From the NCBI GenBank assembly GCA_026400755.1, contig JAPLOM010000030.1:7145-71144 (forward strand): a stretch of DNA of 64,000 nucleotides. The letters run 5' to 3'. Shown here in pieces: positions 10,164 to 18,664 of the stretch. The stretch is from Alphaproteobacteria bacterium (lineage in GTDB: Bacteria; Pseudomonadota; Alphaproteobacteria; CADEGL01). Under the pieces are notes generated by a model. That model was not told the DNA's origin, did no database searches, and saw nothing but the letters and a program-made list of their open reading frames with translations. Numbering within the stretch: the stretch's first letter is position 1; each line of letters opens with the position of its first letter. Made by a program: the position numbers and the translations under genes.

Positions 10164-10634
10164 ATGGCGGGCGCGCAAAAGGATGGGCCATTCAAGACGC
10201 TGCACCATCTGTGCATCATCGTGAAGGACATCGACAAGGCCGTGAAATACTACGAATCGATCGGCATCGGCCCCTGGGTCGACTATCCGCCGCTGGGCGA
10301 TTTCAAAGAGCTGAAGATGCCCGACGAGGATGGCTTCCGCGCCATCACCTTCAAGTATGTCCAGCTCGGCCCGGTGCAGATCCAGCTTGGCCAGCCGAAT
10401 GAAGGCGACACGCCGCAGAAGCGGTTCCTGGAAGAGCATGGCGAGGGCGTCTTCCATATCGGCTTCGTGCTGGACGACGTCGATGCGGGCGAGGCGCAAG
10501 CCAAGGCGCTGGGCCTGGGGCCCTATATGCGCGGCCGCCGCAACGACGGCACGGGCTTCACCTATTTCGACACCGCGAAGAAGGCCGGCGGCGTCAACCT
10601 ATCCATCCGCAAGAGCCCGCTCGCGAAGACGTAA
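10164..10634 (+). CDS. VOC family protein (methylmalonyl-CoA epimerase/glyoxalase-like)
   Basis: LHHLCIIVKDIDKAV...QIQLGQP...FLEEHGEGVFHIGF. Confidence 0.8.
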   Translation: MAGAQKDGPFKTLHHLCIIVKDIDKAVKYYESIGIGPWVDYPPLGDFKELKMPDEDGFRAITFKYVQLGPVQIQLGQPNEGDTPQKRFLEEHGEGVFHIGFVLDDVDAGEAQAKALGLGPYMRGRRNDGTGFTYFDTAKKAGGVNLSIRKSPLAKT

Positions 10635-10695
10635 GCGTATTTCCCGGTAACGATCAGCCGCCGGCCGCACGGCGCGGCGGACCATGGAGATTTGA

Positions 10696-11679
10696 ATGGC
10701 CGACAAAGGCGAAATCCTCTATTTGCGCCGCAGCGACGTGGAAGCATCCGGCGTCTCGTATCTGTCGATGATCGACGAGCTGGAACAGAGCTATCGCGAT
10801 TGGAGCGACGGCACGGCGTTCGGCCATCCCAAGGTCGTGTCCAACACGCCCGACGGCAGCTACTTCTTTTCGCTGAACGCATGGTCCAAGCGGCTTGGCC
10901 TTAACCTCTGCCACAACTCCATGGGCGTGCTGTCCGAGTTGGCGCCGCCGGGCGAGCATCATCTGAACGGCATGGAGGTTTTGAGCGACTATCGCACCGG
11001 CAAGCCGGTGGCCTTCATCGACACGTTCTGGATGTCGACCTGGATTCCGGCGGCCACCTCGGGCGTTGCCGCGCGCAAGCTGGCGCGGCCCGACAGCCGC
11101 TCGGTCGGCTTCATCGCCACGGGCGCCCAGGCGCGCGTCCATCTGCCCGCGTTGAAAGCCGTGTTGCCCAAGCTTGATCGGGTGATCGCCTATAACCGCA
11201 GCCGCAAGGGCGCCGAGGCCTTCGCGGCCGAGGCCCGCGACGACGGCTGGCAGGTCGAGGTGACGGAAGACCCGCGCCAGGCCTGCGAAGCGGACGTGGT
11301 GGTGTCCAGCATTCCCAAGTCCAAGGCGTCCCAGCCGTTCTGCGATCCCGCCTGGGTCAAGCCGGGCGCGTTCGTCAGTCTCGTGGATTGCGGCCGCGCG
11401 TGGCATCCGGGTCTGGAGAAATGCGAGCGCCTGGTGACCTACGAGCATGGCCAGGCCGCGCACGAGATCGCCATCGGCCACTTCCATGTACCGGGTCCGT
11501 TCGAGGCCGACCTGAAAGACATGGCGAACGGCAAGCTGGCGCCGCGACGGTCGGCCACCGAACGCGCGGTGGCCTGCCACAGCGGCCATTCGCTGGGCAT
11601 CCTGGCCATCGCATCGCTGGTCTATCAGCACGCGAAGAAGGCGGGCCTGGGCGGTTGGGTGCCGTCGAACTATCGCTGA
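10696..11679 (+). CDS. Ornithine cyclodeaminase/mu-crystallin family (imine reductase/cyclodeaminase)
   Basis: PAATSGVAARKLARPDS, GFIATGAQARVH, YNRS, HSGHSLG. Confidence 0.85.
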   Translation: MADKGEILYLRRSDVEASGVSYLSMIDELEQSYRDWSDGTAFGHPKVVSNTPDGSYFFSLNAWSKRLGLNLCHNSMGVLSELAPPGEHHLNGMEVLSDYRTGKPVAFIDTFWMSTWIPAATSGVAARKLARPDSRSVGFIATGAQARVHLPALKAVLPKLDRVIAYNRSRKGAEAFAAEARDDGWQVEVTEDPRQACEADVVVSSIPKSKASQPFCDPAWVKPGAFVSLVDCGRAWHPGLEKCERLVTYEHGQAAHEIAIGHFHVPGPFEADLKDMANGKLAPRRSATERAVACHSGHSLGILAIASLVYQHAKKAGLGGWVPSNYR

Positions 11680-11686
11680 CACCGCC

Positions 11687-12523
11687 GTGCGTCCCGGCCG
11701 GACGATTCCGCTCACGCCCACCGCGACCCTCATCCAAGGCGTCGTTTGGCAATGCAATTGCGTGGTCATTCGCAAGGATGGCCACGCGTTGGCGGGCGAT
11801 GCGATCTGGAGCCATCACGATATGGCCGTTCTGACGGGCATGATCGTGGATCACGACACGCATCTGCTGATCACGCATGGAGACATCGATCATTGCAGTT
11901 GCATTGGCGCGCACCCGTACGCCAAGGCCGTCGGCAGCGCCGCCACCGCTGCGCGCATCGCCTCGGGCTCGGCCGCGAAGAATCTGCGCGCCGAAGCGGC
12001 GGCGTGGGGCCTTCAATTCGAAGGCGAGCCCCGCATCGATATGATCGTGGCGGCGGACACGCGCCTGACCCTGGGCAAATGGCAAGTCCGCACGCTCGAG
12101 GCCGCGGGCCATGCGGGCGACGGCATGGCTTACCTGATCGAAGAGGAATCTCTGTTCCTCGTGGGCGACTATCTGATGGCGTCGCAGCATCCGATGGTCT
12201 GGTGGTCGCTGCACGAAGCACGCCGGACGACGGAGCGCCTTCTGGAGACCATCGAACGATACCGCGTCGAGCGCATCGTGCCGGGCCACGGCCCGTGGTT
12301 GTCCCGCACGGAGGCCGTGGCGGTCGGCCAGCAAGACATCGTCTATCTGCGCGAGGTGGAGCGTATCGCCGACGATGCCCAGAGAAAGGGATACGCGCGA
12401 CGCGAATGGGAACTTGCGGTCATGGCCGTGCCCGTGCCCAGGCCTTGTGCGCCCGATATCGAGATGCTCTGCCCGCGTTTGCTCAACGCCCAAGCGACCT
12501 TGCGGGACCGGGCGCTTCTATAG
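11687..12523 (+). CDS. MBL-fold metallo-hydrolase
   Basis: THGDIDH, AGHAGD, VGDYL and VPGHG metal-ligand motifs; GTG start. Confidence 0.75.
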   Translation: MRPGRTIPLTPTATLIQGVVWQCNCVVIRKDGHALAGDAIWSHHDMAVLTGMIVDHDTHLLITHGDIDHCSCIGAHPYAKAVGSAATAARIASGSAAKNLRAEAAAWGLQFEGEPRIDMIVAADTRLTLGKWQVRTLEAAGHAGDGMAYLIEEESLFLVGDYLMASQHPMVWWSLHEARRTTERLLETIERYRVERIVPGHGPWLSRTEAVAVGQQDIVYLREVERIADDAQRKGYARREWELAVMAVPVPRPCAPDIEMLCPRLLNAQATLRDRALL

Positions 12524-12580
12524 CCTTCGCCGAAGTTGGCGATTGCGGCTTTGCTCCGGGGGACACAAAATCCGCCCCCC

Positions 12581-14398
12581 ATGGCGGCACCCCCTCTCGT
12601 CACGCTCCGCGAAGCCCTCGTCACTTTCGGCGGCAGGCCGGTTTTCCAGGACATCGCGGTCGGGCTTGGCCGCGGCGAACGCGTCTGCCTGGTCGGCCGC
12701 AACGGCGGTGGAAAATCGACGCTGCTGAAGGCGCTGGCCGGTATCGTCGCCCTCGATGCGGGCGAGCGGTTTTGTCAGCCCGGCGCCCGCATTGCCTATA
12801 TGCCGCAGGAGCCGGTGTTCGCGCCTGGCCAGAACGCCGGCGACTTCATGGCCCGAAGCCTGTCCGCCATCGCCGGAGAGGCGCCGCATCATCGCGTCGA
12901 GGCCGCGTTGGATGAAGCGGGCATCGCCCCCGACCGGATTTTGGCCGAGCTGTCGGGTGGCGAGGCGCGGCGCGTCACCTTGGCCGCCGCGTTGGGCGGC
13001 GATCCCGATATCCTGCTGCTCGACGAGCCCACCAACCATCTCGACATCGCCGCCGTCGAGGCGTTGGAAGAACGGCTCGGCGCGCATACCGCCGGCCTTC
13101 TGATCATCAGCCACGACCGCGCCTTCCTGAAGCGCCTGTCGCGGCGGACCTTGTGGCTCGACCGCGGCCGCTTGCGCGAACACGACCGTGGCTATGAGGA
13201 TTTCGAGGCCTGGTCGGAAGCCGTGCTGGAGATCGAGGCGGCCGAACGCGCTCGCGCCGATAAACGGATCGAAAGCGAAACCCTGTGGTTGCGCCAGGGT
13301 ATTTCCGCGCGAAGGCGGCGCAACCAGGGGCGCCTGCGCCGGCTTTACTACATGCGCGCCGAGCGCGCCCAGCGCCAAAGCCTGCGCCTGGCCACGCTGG
13401 GCACGGTGGAGGCGAAATCGGGCGGCCGTATCGTCGCGGAACTTGAGAATGTCGCGAAAGAATTTCCCGGCGAATCCGAGCCCAAGACGATCCTCGATGG
13501 GTTTTCGACGCGGATCGTGCGCGGCGACCGGATCGGCATCATCGGCGCCAACGGTGTCGGCAAATCCACGCTGCTCGGCATCATCACCGGCTCTCAGGCG
13601 CCGGATAGCGGTGTCGTCCGCCATGGCACGAATCTCGAGATCGCCTTCTTCGACCAGCGCCGTGCCATACTCGATCCCGAGCTGACCCTGTGGCAGACCT
13701 TGGCGGGCGGCGGCGACACCGTCTTGGTCCAGGGCCAGCAGCGCCACGTCACCTCCTATCTCAAGGATTTCCTGTTCGACGATTCGCAGTTCCGCGCCAG
13801 GGTCTCGACCCTATCGGGCGGCGAGCGCAACCGGCTTCTCCTGGCCCAGGTGCTGGCGCGGCCGTCGAATTTGCTGGTGCTCGACGAGCCGACCAACGAT
13901 CTCGACATCGAAACCCTCGATCTCTTGGAAGAAGTGCTTTCGGACTATGACGGCACGCTGCTGCTGGTCAGCCACGACCGCGATTTCCTGGACCGCTTGG
14001 TCACCAGCGTCATCGCCATGGAAGGCGATGGCGTGGTTGACGAATATGTCGGCGGATATAGCGACTATCTGCGCCAGCGCAGCCCGCGAACAACAAAGCC
14101 TTCGCCGAAGCCCGCCGCGCGCCCCGCAGCACCGCCTCTGCCGTCTCCCGTGCGCGGCCAACGATTGAGCTGGAAAGAAAAGCGCGAACTGGAAGACCTG
14201 CCCCCGCGCATCGCCGCGCTCGAGGCCGAGAAATCCGTCCTTGAGAAGTCGCTGGCCGATCCCGATATGTATGCGCGCGACCGTTCGTCGTTTGAAAAGG
14301 CATCGGCCCGCCTTGGCGTGGCCGTGGCGGAACTGGCCAGCGCGGAAGAGCGCTGGCTGCTTCTGGCGGAGCGGGCCGAGAAGGCAGGGACGGCATGA
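12581..14398 (+). CDS. uup: ABC-F family ATPase Uup
   Basis: Two ABC domains (GRNGGGKST, GANGVGKST; LSGGE; LLLDEPTNHLD), linker GISARRRRNQGR and C-terminal coiled coil. Confidence 0.9.
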   Translation: MAAPPLVTLREALVTFGGRPVFQDIAVGLGRGERVCLVGRNGGGKSTLLKALAGIVALDAGERFCQPGARIAYMPQEPVFAPGQNAGDFMARSLSAIAGEAPHHRVEAALDEAGIAPDRILAELSGGEARRVTLAAALGGDPDILLLDEPTNHLDIAAVEALEERLGAHTAGLLIISHDRAFLKRLSRRTLWLDRGRLREHDRGYEDFEAWSEAVLEIEAAERARADKRIESETLWLRQGISARRRRNQGRLRRLYYMRAERAQRQSLRLATLGTVEAKSGGRIVAELENVAKEFPGESEPKTILDGFSTRIVRGDRIGIIGANGVGKSTLLGIITGSQAPDSGVVRHGTNLEIAFFDQRRAILDPELTLWQTLAGGGDTVLVQGQQRHVTSYLKDFLFDDSQFRARVSTLSGGERNRLLLAQVLARPSNLLVLDEPTNDLDIETLDLLEEVLSDYDGTLLLVSHDRDFLDRLVTSVIAMEGDGVVDEYVGGYSDYLRQRSPRTTKPSPKPAARPAAPPLPSPVRGQRLSWKEKRELEDLPPRIAALEAEKSVLEKSLADPDMYARDRSSFEKASARLGVAVAELASAEERWLLLAERAEKAGTA

Positions 14399-14946
14399 GC
14401 AAGGCGTTCGTCAAGGAAGACGCGGAAGCGGACGATGACGGCCCCGAGCCGGAGGCGGCTCTGCCCGTGGGCGTGAAGAACTACATCACGCCGGAAGGGC
14501 TGAAGCGTCTGCAGGACGAACTGTGCGACCTTCTGACCGTCCAACGGCCGAAAATCGTGGAAACCGTGTCCTGGGCGGCGGGCAACGGCGACCGGTCCGA
14601 GAACGGCGATTACATCTACGGCAAGAAGCGCCTGCGCGAAATCGACCGCCGCGTCCGTTTCCTGTCGAAACGCATGGAGATCGCGCTGGTTGTCGATCCG
14701 GCGCGGCAGACGAACCGCGACCGCGTGTTCTTCGGCGCGACCGTAACCTATGCCAACGGCGCGAATGAAGAGAAGGCCGTCACCATCGTCGGCATCGACG
14801 AGGCCGATCTCGACCAAGGCCGCGTCAGCTGGGTCTCCCCCATCGCGCGGGCGATGATGAAGGCGCAAGAGGGCGATACCGTCGAGCTGCGCTCGCCCGG
14901 CGGAACGGAAAGCCTCAAGATCGTTTCGATCCGCTATCCCGGCTAG
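14395..14946 (+). CDS. greB: Transcription elongation factor GreB
   Basis: NYITPEG, VSWAAGNGDRSENGDYIYGKKRLREIDRR, VFFGATV, SWVSPIARA. Confidence 0.95.
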   Translation: MSKAFVKEDAEADDDGPEPEAALPVGVKNYITPEGLKRLQDELCDLLTVQRPKIVETVSWAAGNGDRSENGDYIYGKKRLREIDRRVRFLSKRMEIALVVDPARQTNRDRVFFGATVTYANGANEEKAVTIVGIDEADLDQGRVSWVSPIARAMMKAQEGDTVELRSPGGTESLKIVSIRYPG

Positions 14947-14949
14947 ACG

Positions 14950-15435
14950 CTAGCCGCGCCGGGCCTTCTCGATTGCGGCGACGTCGATCTTCCCCATCTT
15001 CATCATCGCATCGAACGCGCGCTTGGCTTCATCGCCGCCGGCCGCCATGGCCTCGGTGAGCACGCGCGGCGTGATCTGCCAGGAAACGCCCCACTTGTCC
15101 TTGCACCAGCCGCACACGCTCTCCTGGCCGCCATTGCCGACGATGGCGTTCCAATAGCGGTCGGTCTCTTCCTGGTTGTCGGTCGCGATCTGGAACGAGA
15201 AGGCTTCGGTCTGTTTGAACACGGTGCCGCCGTTAAGGCCGATGCACCTGACGCCGGCCACGGTGAAATCGACCGTCAGCACGTCGCCCTTCTTACCGGA
15301 CGGATAGTCGCTCGGCGCGCGATGGACGGCATGCACTTCGCTGTCGGGAAAAATCTTGGCATAGAAGTTGGCCGCCGCTTCGGCGTCCTTGTCGTACCAA
15401 ACGCAGATCGTGTTCTTCGCCGCGACGCGTGCCAT
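14950..15435 (-). CDS. VOC family, 3-demethylubiquinone-9 3-methyltransferase/PhnB-like protein
   Basis: LNGGTVFKQTEAFSFQI...QEETDRYWNAI...CGWCKDKWGVSWQITP. Confidence 0.9.
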   Translation of the reverse strand: MARVAAKNTICVWYDKDAEAAANFYAKIFPDSEVHAVHRAPSDYPSGKKGDVLTVDFTVAGVRCIGLNGGTVFKQTEAFSFQIATDNQEETDRYWNAIVGNGGQESVCGWCKDKWGVSWQITPRVLTEAMAAGGDEAKRAFDAMMKMGKIDVAAIEKARRG

Positions 15436-15705
15436 TCCGTGTCCTTTCGCTATGAAGCCTGTCTTTTGAGGTAGGGCGCCTGGGGGCGTTTAGCCACCCC
15501 GGAGAGTGCGCATTCTGTGGGGTGGTACTTTGCCCTCCGATCCCGCGTCTCCCGCTCTCGATCTCAACAAAGGGTTAAAGCAGAGCAGCAGCCTTCGTGA
15601 TATGGCGGTGTACAGCTGCCTTCTGAGCTTAAACGTGGGTACCCTCTCAAATTTTTTGATAGAAATTCACTAACGACGGCTTCGATATGTAAGCGGGGGC
15701 GAAAC

Positions 15706-16518
15706 ATGTACATCGCGCCAGATGCTCGTAAGAACATTTTCTTTGTTGGATTCAACTCCAATGACGGCCAAAAGTGGGACGGAACAGGATTTCTTACAGG
15801 CACTCCTGCGGTCGATCCTGGTCAAGCATTTCATTACCTCGTAACCGCCAAGCACGTTATTGAACAGATCGCACGAGGCGCGGCCGACGGAAAAGTGCTC
15901 ATAAGAATCAATATGATTGACGGCACTGCGGAAACGTTCGAGACCCAATTAGATCAGTGGAAGTTTCACCCAGAAGACTCCTCAGTGGACGCTGCTGTAG
16001 CGCCAGTTGCCTTGGGTAACAGGATCGACCTTAAGGCCCTCCCTCTTGCGTTGATGCGTCATAACAACTTGCCCAGTTGGATTGAGCCCGGAACCGATAT
16101 TTTCTTTCCAGGCATGTTCTATCGCCATGTAGGCGCTACGCAGAATCAGGCGCTTGTTCGAACTGGTAGCGTCGCCGCGTTCCCCAAGGAAAGAATTTTC
16201 ATCGAGCACGGCGGTTCGATGGAGGCGTATTTGGTCGAAGCCCGCTCGATTGGCGGTTCGAGCGGCTCACCGGTATTTGCGCAGAGAGAAACTCCCACCG
16301 GACGATTCTCCCTCGACTTTGAGGTTTACTGGATCGGGCTTTTGTTGGGGCACTACAAATCTCCAGCACGGACTCGTCGTGAGGAGGCTGGGGATCTCTT
16401 TGAGGAAGCGTGGATTAACATGGGAATCGCAATTGTGGTTCCCGCGAAGAAAATATTGGAAATCATAGATGGCCCAGATTTTCGACCAGCGCGCCTAGCA
16501 GCAGGCGCTCCTACATGA
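15706..16518 (+). CDS. Cytosolic trypsin-like (S1/PA clan) serine protease
   Basis: Catalytic triad motifs LVTAKHV (His), VDAAV (Asp), IGGSSGSPVF (Ser); no signal peptide and no PDZ domain. Confidence 0.85.
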   Translation: MYIAPDARKNIFFVGFNSNDGQKWDGTGFLTGTPAVDPGQAFHYLVTAKHVIEQIARGAADGKVLIRINMIDGTAETFETQLDQWKFHPEDSSVDAAVAPVALGNRIDLKALPLALMRHNNLPSWIEPGTDIFFPGMFYRHVGATQNQALVRTGSVAAFPKERIFIEHGGSMEAYLVEARSIGGSSGSPVFAQRETPTGRFSLDFEVYWIGLLLGHYKSPARTRREEAGDLFEEAWINMGIAIVVPAKKILEIIDGPDFRPARLAAGAPT

Positions 16519-16519
16519 A

Positions 16520-17185
16520 ATGACGGCGAACTCCATACTTCCGGATGATGCATTAAAAGATGTCCTACGGATCATCGAGCGAAATGCTGCTCGTTTGTTG
16601 GCGGACGCTCGCCTCATGTTTGATGCAGCGCGCTACCCAACAGCCCTAGCACTATCGATTCTTTCTATGGAGGAGGCGGGAAAATACTATTTGGTCAAAT
16701 GGCAGAACACTCCCAAAAAATCTGGCCACGACGCCCCCGCAGCAAAAGGACGGCATGCTCATCGACAGAAGCAAAGCGTCGCTAGCACTTTCCACATCGC
16801 GGGATCAGTTAAGGCATTTCTTAGGGAGGACGTGGGCAGACGCCTAGGCCTCGAGGGGGCTGCTTCAGAGCAACAGGTGATGGCTTTCTTTCACGCGATG
16901 TCCTACCACCGCGATAAACCAGACTCAGAATTTAGGGCGTTGGCCGTGGAAACCGAAAGGGAGATCGAAGTGCTACTTGCAAAGGCGATAGCGTCTTCCA
17001 AAGGTGCGGCGTTACAGCAAAAGGCTTTCCAAGGCGAGATCGACAATCTCAAGCAGCGGGGTCTTTATGTAGATGTCAGCGCTGAGGGAAAAGTTGTTGC
17101 TGACCCCAATTCAATTACGAAGGACAATGCGAGTGAGTGGATCGACAACGCGAGTGTGTTAGTTAGCAAGCTCGGGAAACCCTAG
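16520..17185 (+). CDS. AbiV-family abortive infection protein (HEPN-like)
   Basis: NAARLLADARLMFDAARYPTALALSILSMEEAGK, HRQKQ and LKQRGLYVD match the AbiV family pattern (NA..L..DA..L....Y..A..L.....EE.GK / H..K / LYVD). Confidence 0.8.
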   Translation: MTANSILPDDALKDVLRIIERNAARLLADARLMFDAARYPTALALSILSMEEAGKYYLVKWQNTPKKSGHDAPAAKGRHAHRQKQSVASTFHIAGSVKAFLREDVGRRLGLEGAASEQQVMAFFHAMSYHRDKPDSEFRALAVETEREIEVLLAKAIASSKGAALQQKAFQGEIDNLKQRGLYVDVSAEGKVVADPNSITKDNASEWIDNASVLVSKLGKP

Positions 17186-17223
17186 CTAGTGAAGTCGTTC
17201 CCATCAGACTAATCGAGCGCGGT

Positions 17224-17267
17224 TGGCGACCCCAACGGGATTCGAACCCGTATCTTCATCTTGAAAG
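17224..17267 (-). tRNA. 3' half of tRNA-Glu(UUC), non-functional fragment (att-like remnant)
   Basis: Minus strand reads CTTTCAA GATGA AGAT ACGGG TTCGAAT CCCGT TGGGGTC G CCA: anticodon loop, variable loop, perfect T-arm, acceptor 3' strand and CCA. No matching 5' acceptor strand, D-arm or 5' anticodon stem upstream. Confidence 0.75.
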
Positions 17268-18514
17268 AGTGCGATCACTCAGTCCTGCGGTCGCCGGCTC
17301 GGTGGTGCCGCCGCCCTTGGCGCGCTGAAAGATCCCGAACGCGTTCTTCAGCGTGTGAAGGATGCCGCCCTGCCAGGCCATGCGGAAGACGCGCAGGCCC
17401 GGATAGCGCGGCGCGATCTGGCCCGCCAGGAACAGGCCGATCTGGCGGCCCCATATGCCCATCTTCTTGGATGTTTGGTGTGGCTGGGTGTCGTGCAGCA
17501 GGGCGAAGCTTTCGCCACCCTGGATCGTCAAGGCGCCTGCGCGCGCGGCCGCCTCGACCAGCGCCTTGCCGCGCGGGGTGCGCGCGAGCGCGCCGTCGAG
17601 CTCCACCGGCAGGTCGGCGATCCGCCGGGCCAGATGTCGTAGGCGATCACGTCGGCCTGCTCGCCCACGGGATCGACGCAGACCTTGCAGCGGAACTGCA
17701 GGAACCAGAACCGCTTGTCGGCCCACATGTCGTTGTAATTGGCGTTCAGCTCGCGTCCGTCCTTGGTCTCGAAGCGCGTCGGGCCGGGGCAGCCATGGCC
17801 GCGATAGCGCATCAGCTTCAATTCGCTCTCCTCAATGGGAAAGCGCCGCATCTGGCGCCAGGTCAGCTCCAGCTCCGATTCGCCGCCGCACGAGATCGAC
17901 AGCAGGTACTTCAGATGCTTCCCCACGCGCGGATCGTGCTTGGCCAGATTGCGCACGGCGGCGACGTCGCACGGCTTCGCGACCAGCGCGAAGGGCCGGC
18001 CCTTGGCCAGATGCGCGTCGAGGTGGAGCAGGGGTGCCACGGGCCCATAGCGCGAGCCCATGCCGTCCAGCACGCCCGCGCGGTCCACGCTCACATGCGG
18101 CACGTTGCGCAAGGGCGCGTCGTCCGGCGATCTCACGTGGGCGATGAAATCGACCTCTTTCGATTCGAGCAGATAGATCGCCAGCGCCGTCAGCACGCCG
18201 CCGGTCGCGGCCCGGAAGCGCACCTCGGGGTCGGCGGCCCAGCCGCGCCAGTGGCCTTGCGCGTAGCCGAAGGCCGTGTCGAGCGTGGCGCCCTCGCCGG
18301 CGGTCGCACGGTCCATGCCCTCGGTGTGGAGGCCGGGGCAGACACGGTTGATGAGTTTCAGCGTGGCGCGATCGGGTGGCGTCTTGGTGATGGGGCGCAG
18401 GCGGCCTTCCGGCGTCCAGCGCATCTCCACGCGGTCATGGCCGGCCAGGCTCGCGCACAGGCCGCAGCCGATGCACAGGCCATTCTTCACGATGGCGTCG
18501 AGCGAATGGACCAA
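17256..18514 (-). pseudogene. Coenzyme F420 hydrogenase/dehydrogenase beta-subunit (FrhB)-like Fe-S flavoprotein, frameshifted at about 17612
   Basis: CIGCGLC ferredoxin motif, FRAATGGVLT, GSRYGP, KPCD, CGG, RCKVCVDP. After DIWPGGSPT the sensible continuation (ELDGALARTPRG...) is in the frame of ORF 17256..17726. TTG start after GGGAGG. Confidence 0.75.
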
Positions 18515-18664
18515 GCCCCGTGTCCTCCCCAAGGCGGCCTGATCCTGCCATGCCGTGACGGACGCTTGGAATGGCCTATCGCCATCCGATTGCGCGCGTT
18601 GACTCGCCTGGACGCGCGGCCCGGGCACCGCGTATGGCTAATTCGGCATCAAGGCATGGGGGGC

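Larger units (their letters stand above)
15440..17267. mobile_element. Small AT-richer genomic islet adjoining a tRNA-Glu 3' fragment; no integrase seen
   Basis: Visible drop in GC and many A/T-ending codons relative to the flanks (judged by eye); two accessory genes; att-like tRNA half at the right end. Left border approximate. Confidence 0.6.

Noticed and set aside
15494-15525. Imperfect hairpin as the left terminal repeat of the islet
   Set aside because: No matching repeat at the right end and no transposase; could equally be a promoter-region structure.
17224-17300. Intact tRNA-Glu gene
   Set aside because: No 5' acceptor strand (GACCCCA), no D-arm, and the 5' anticodon stem (GCACT) cannot pair with GATGA; only the 3' half is present.
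17261-18664. 1028-aa version of the ThDP enzyme
   Set aside because: The N-terminal ~470 codons are the antisense shadow of the FrhB-like gene; family similarity starts at MMTAKTRTG (18665).
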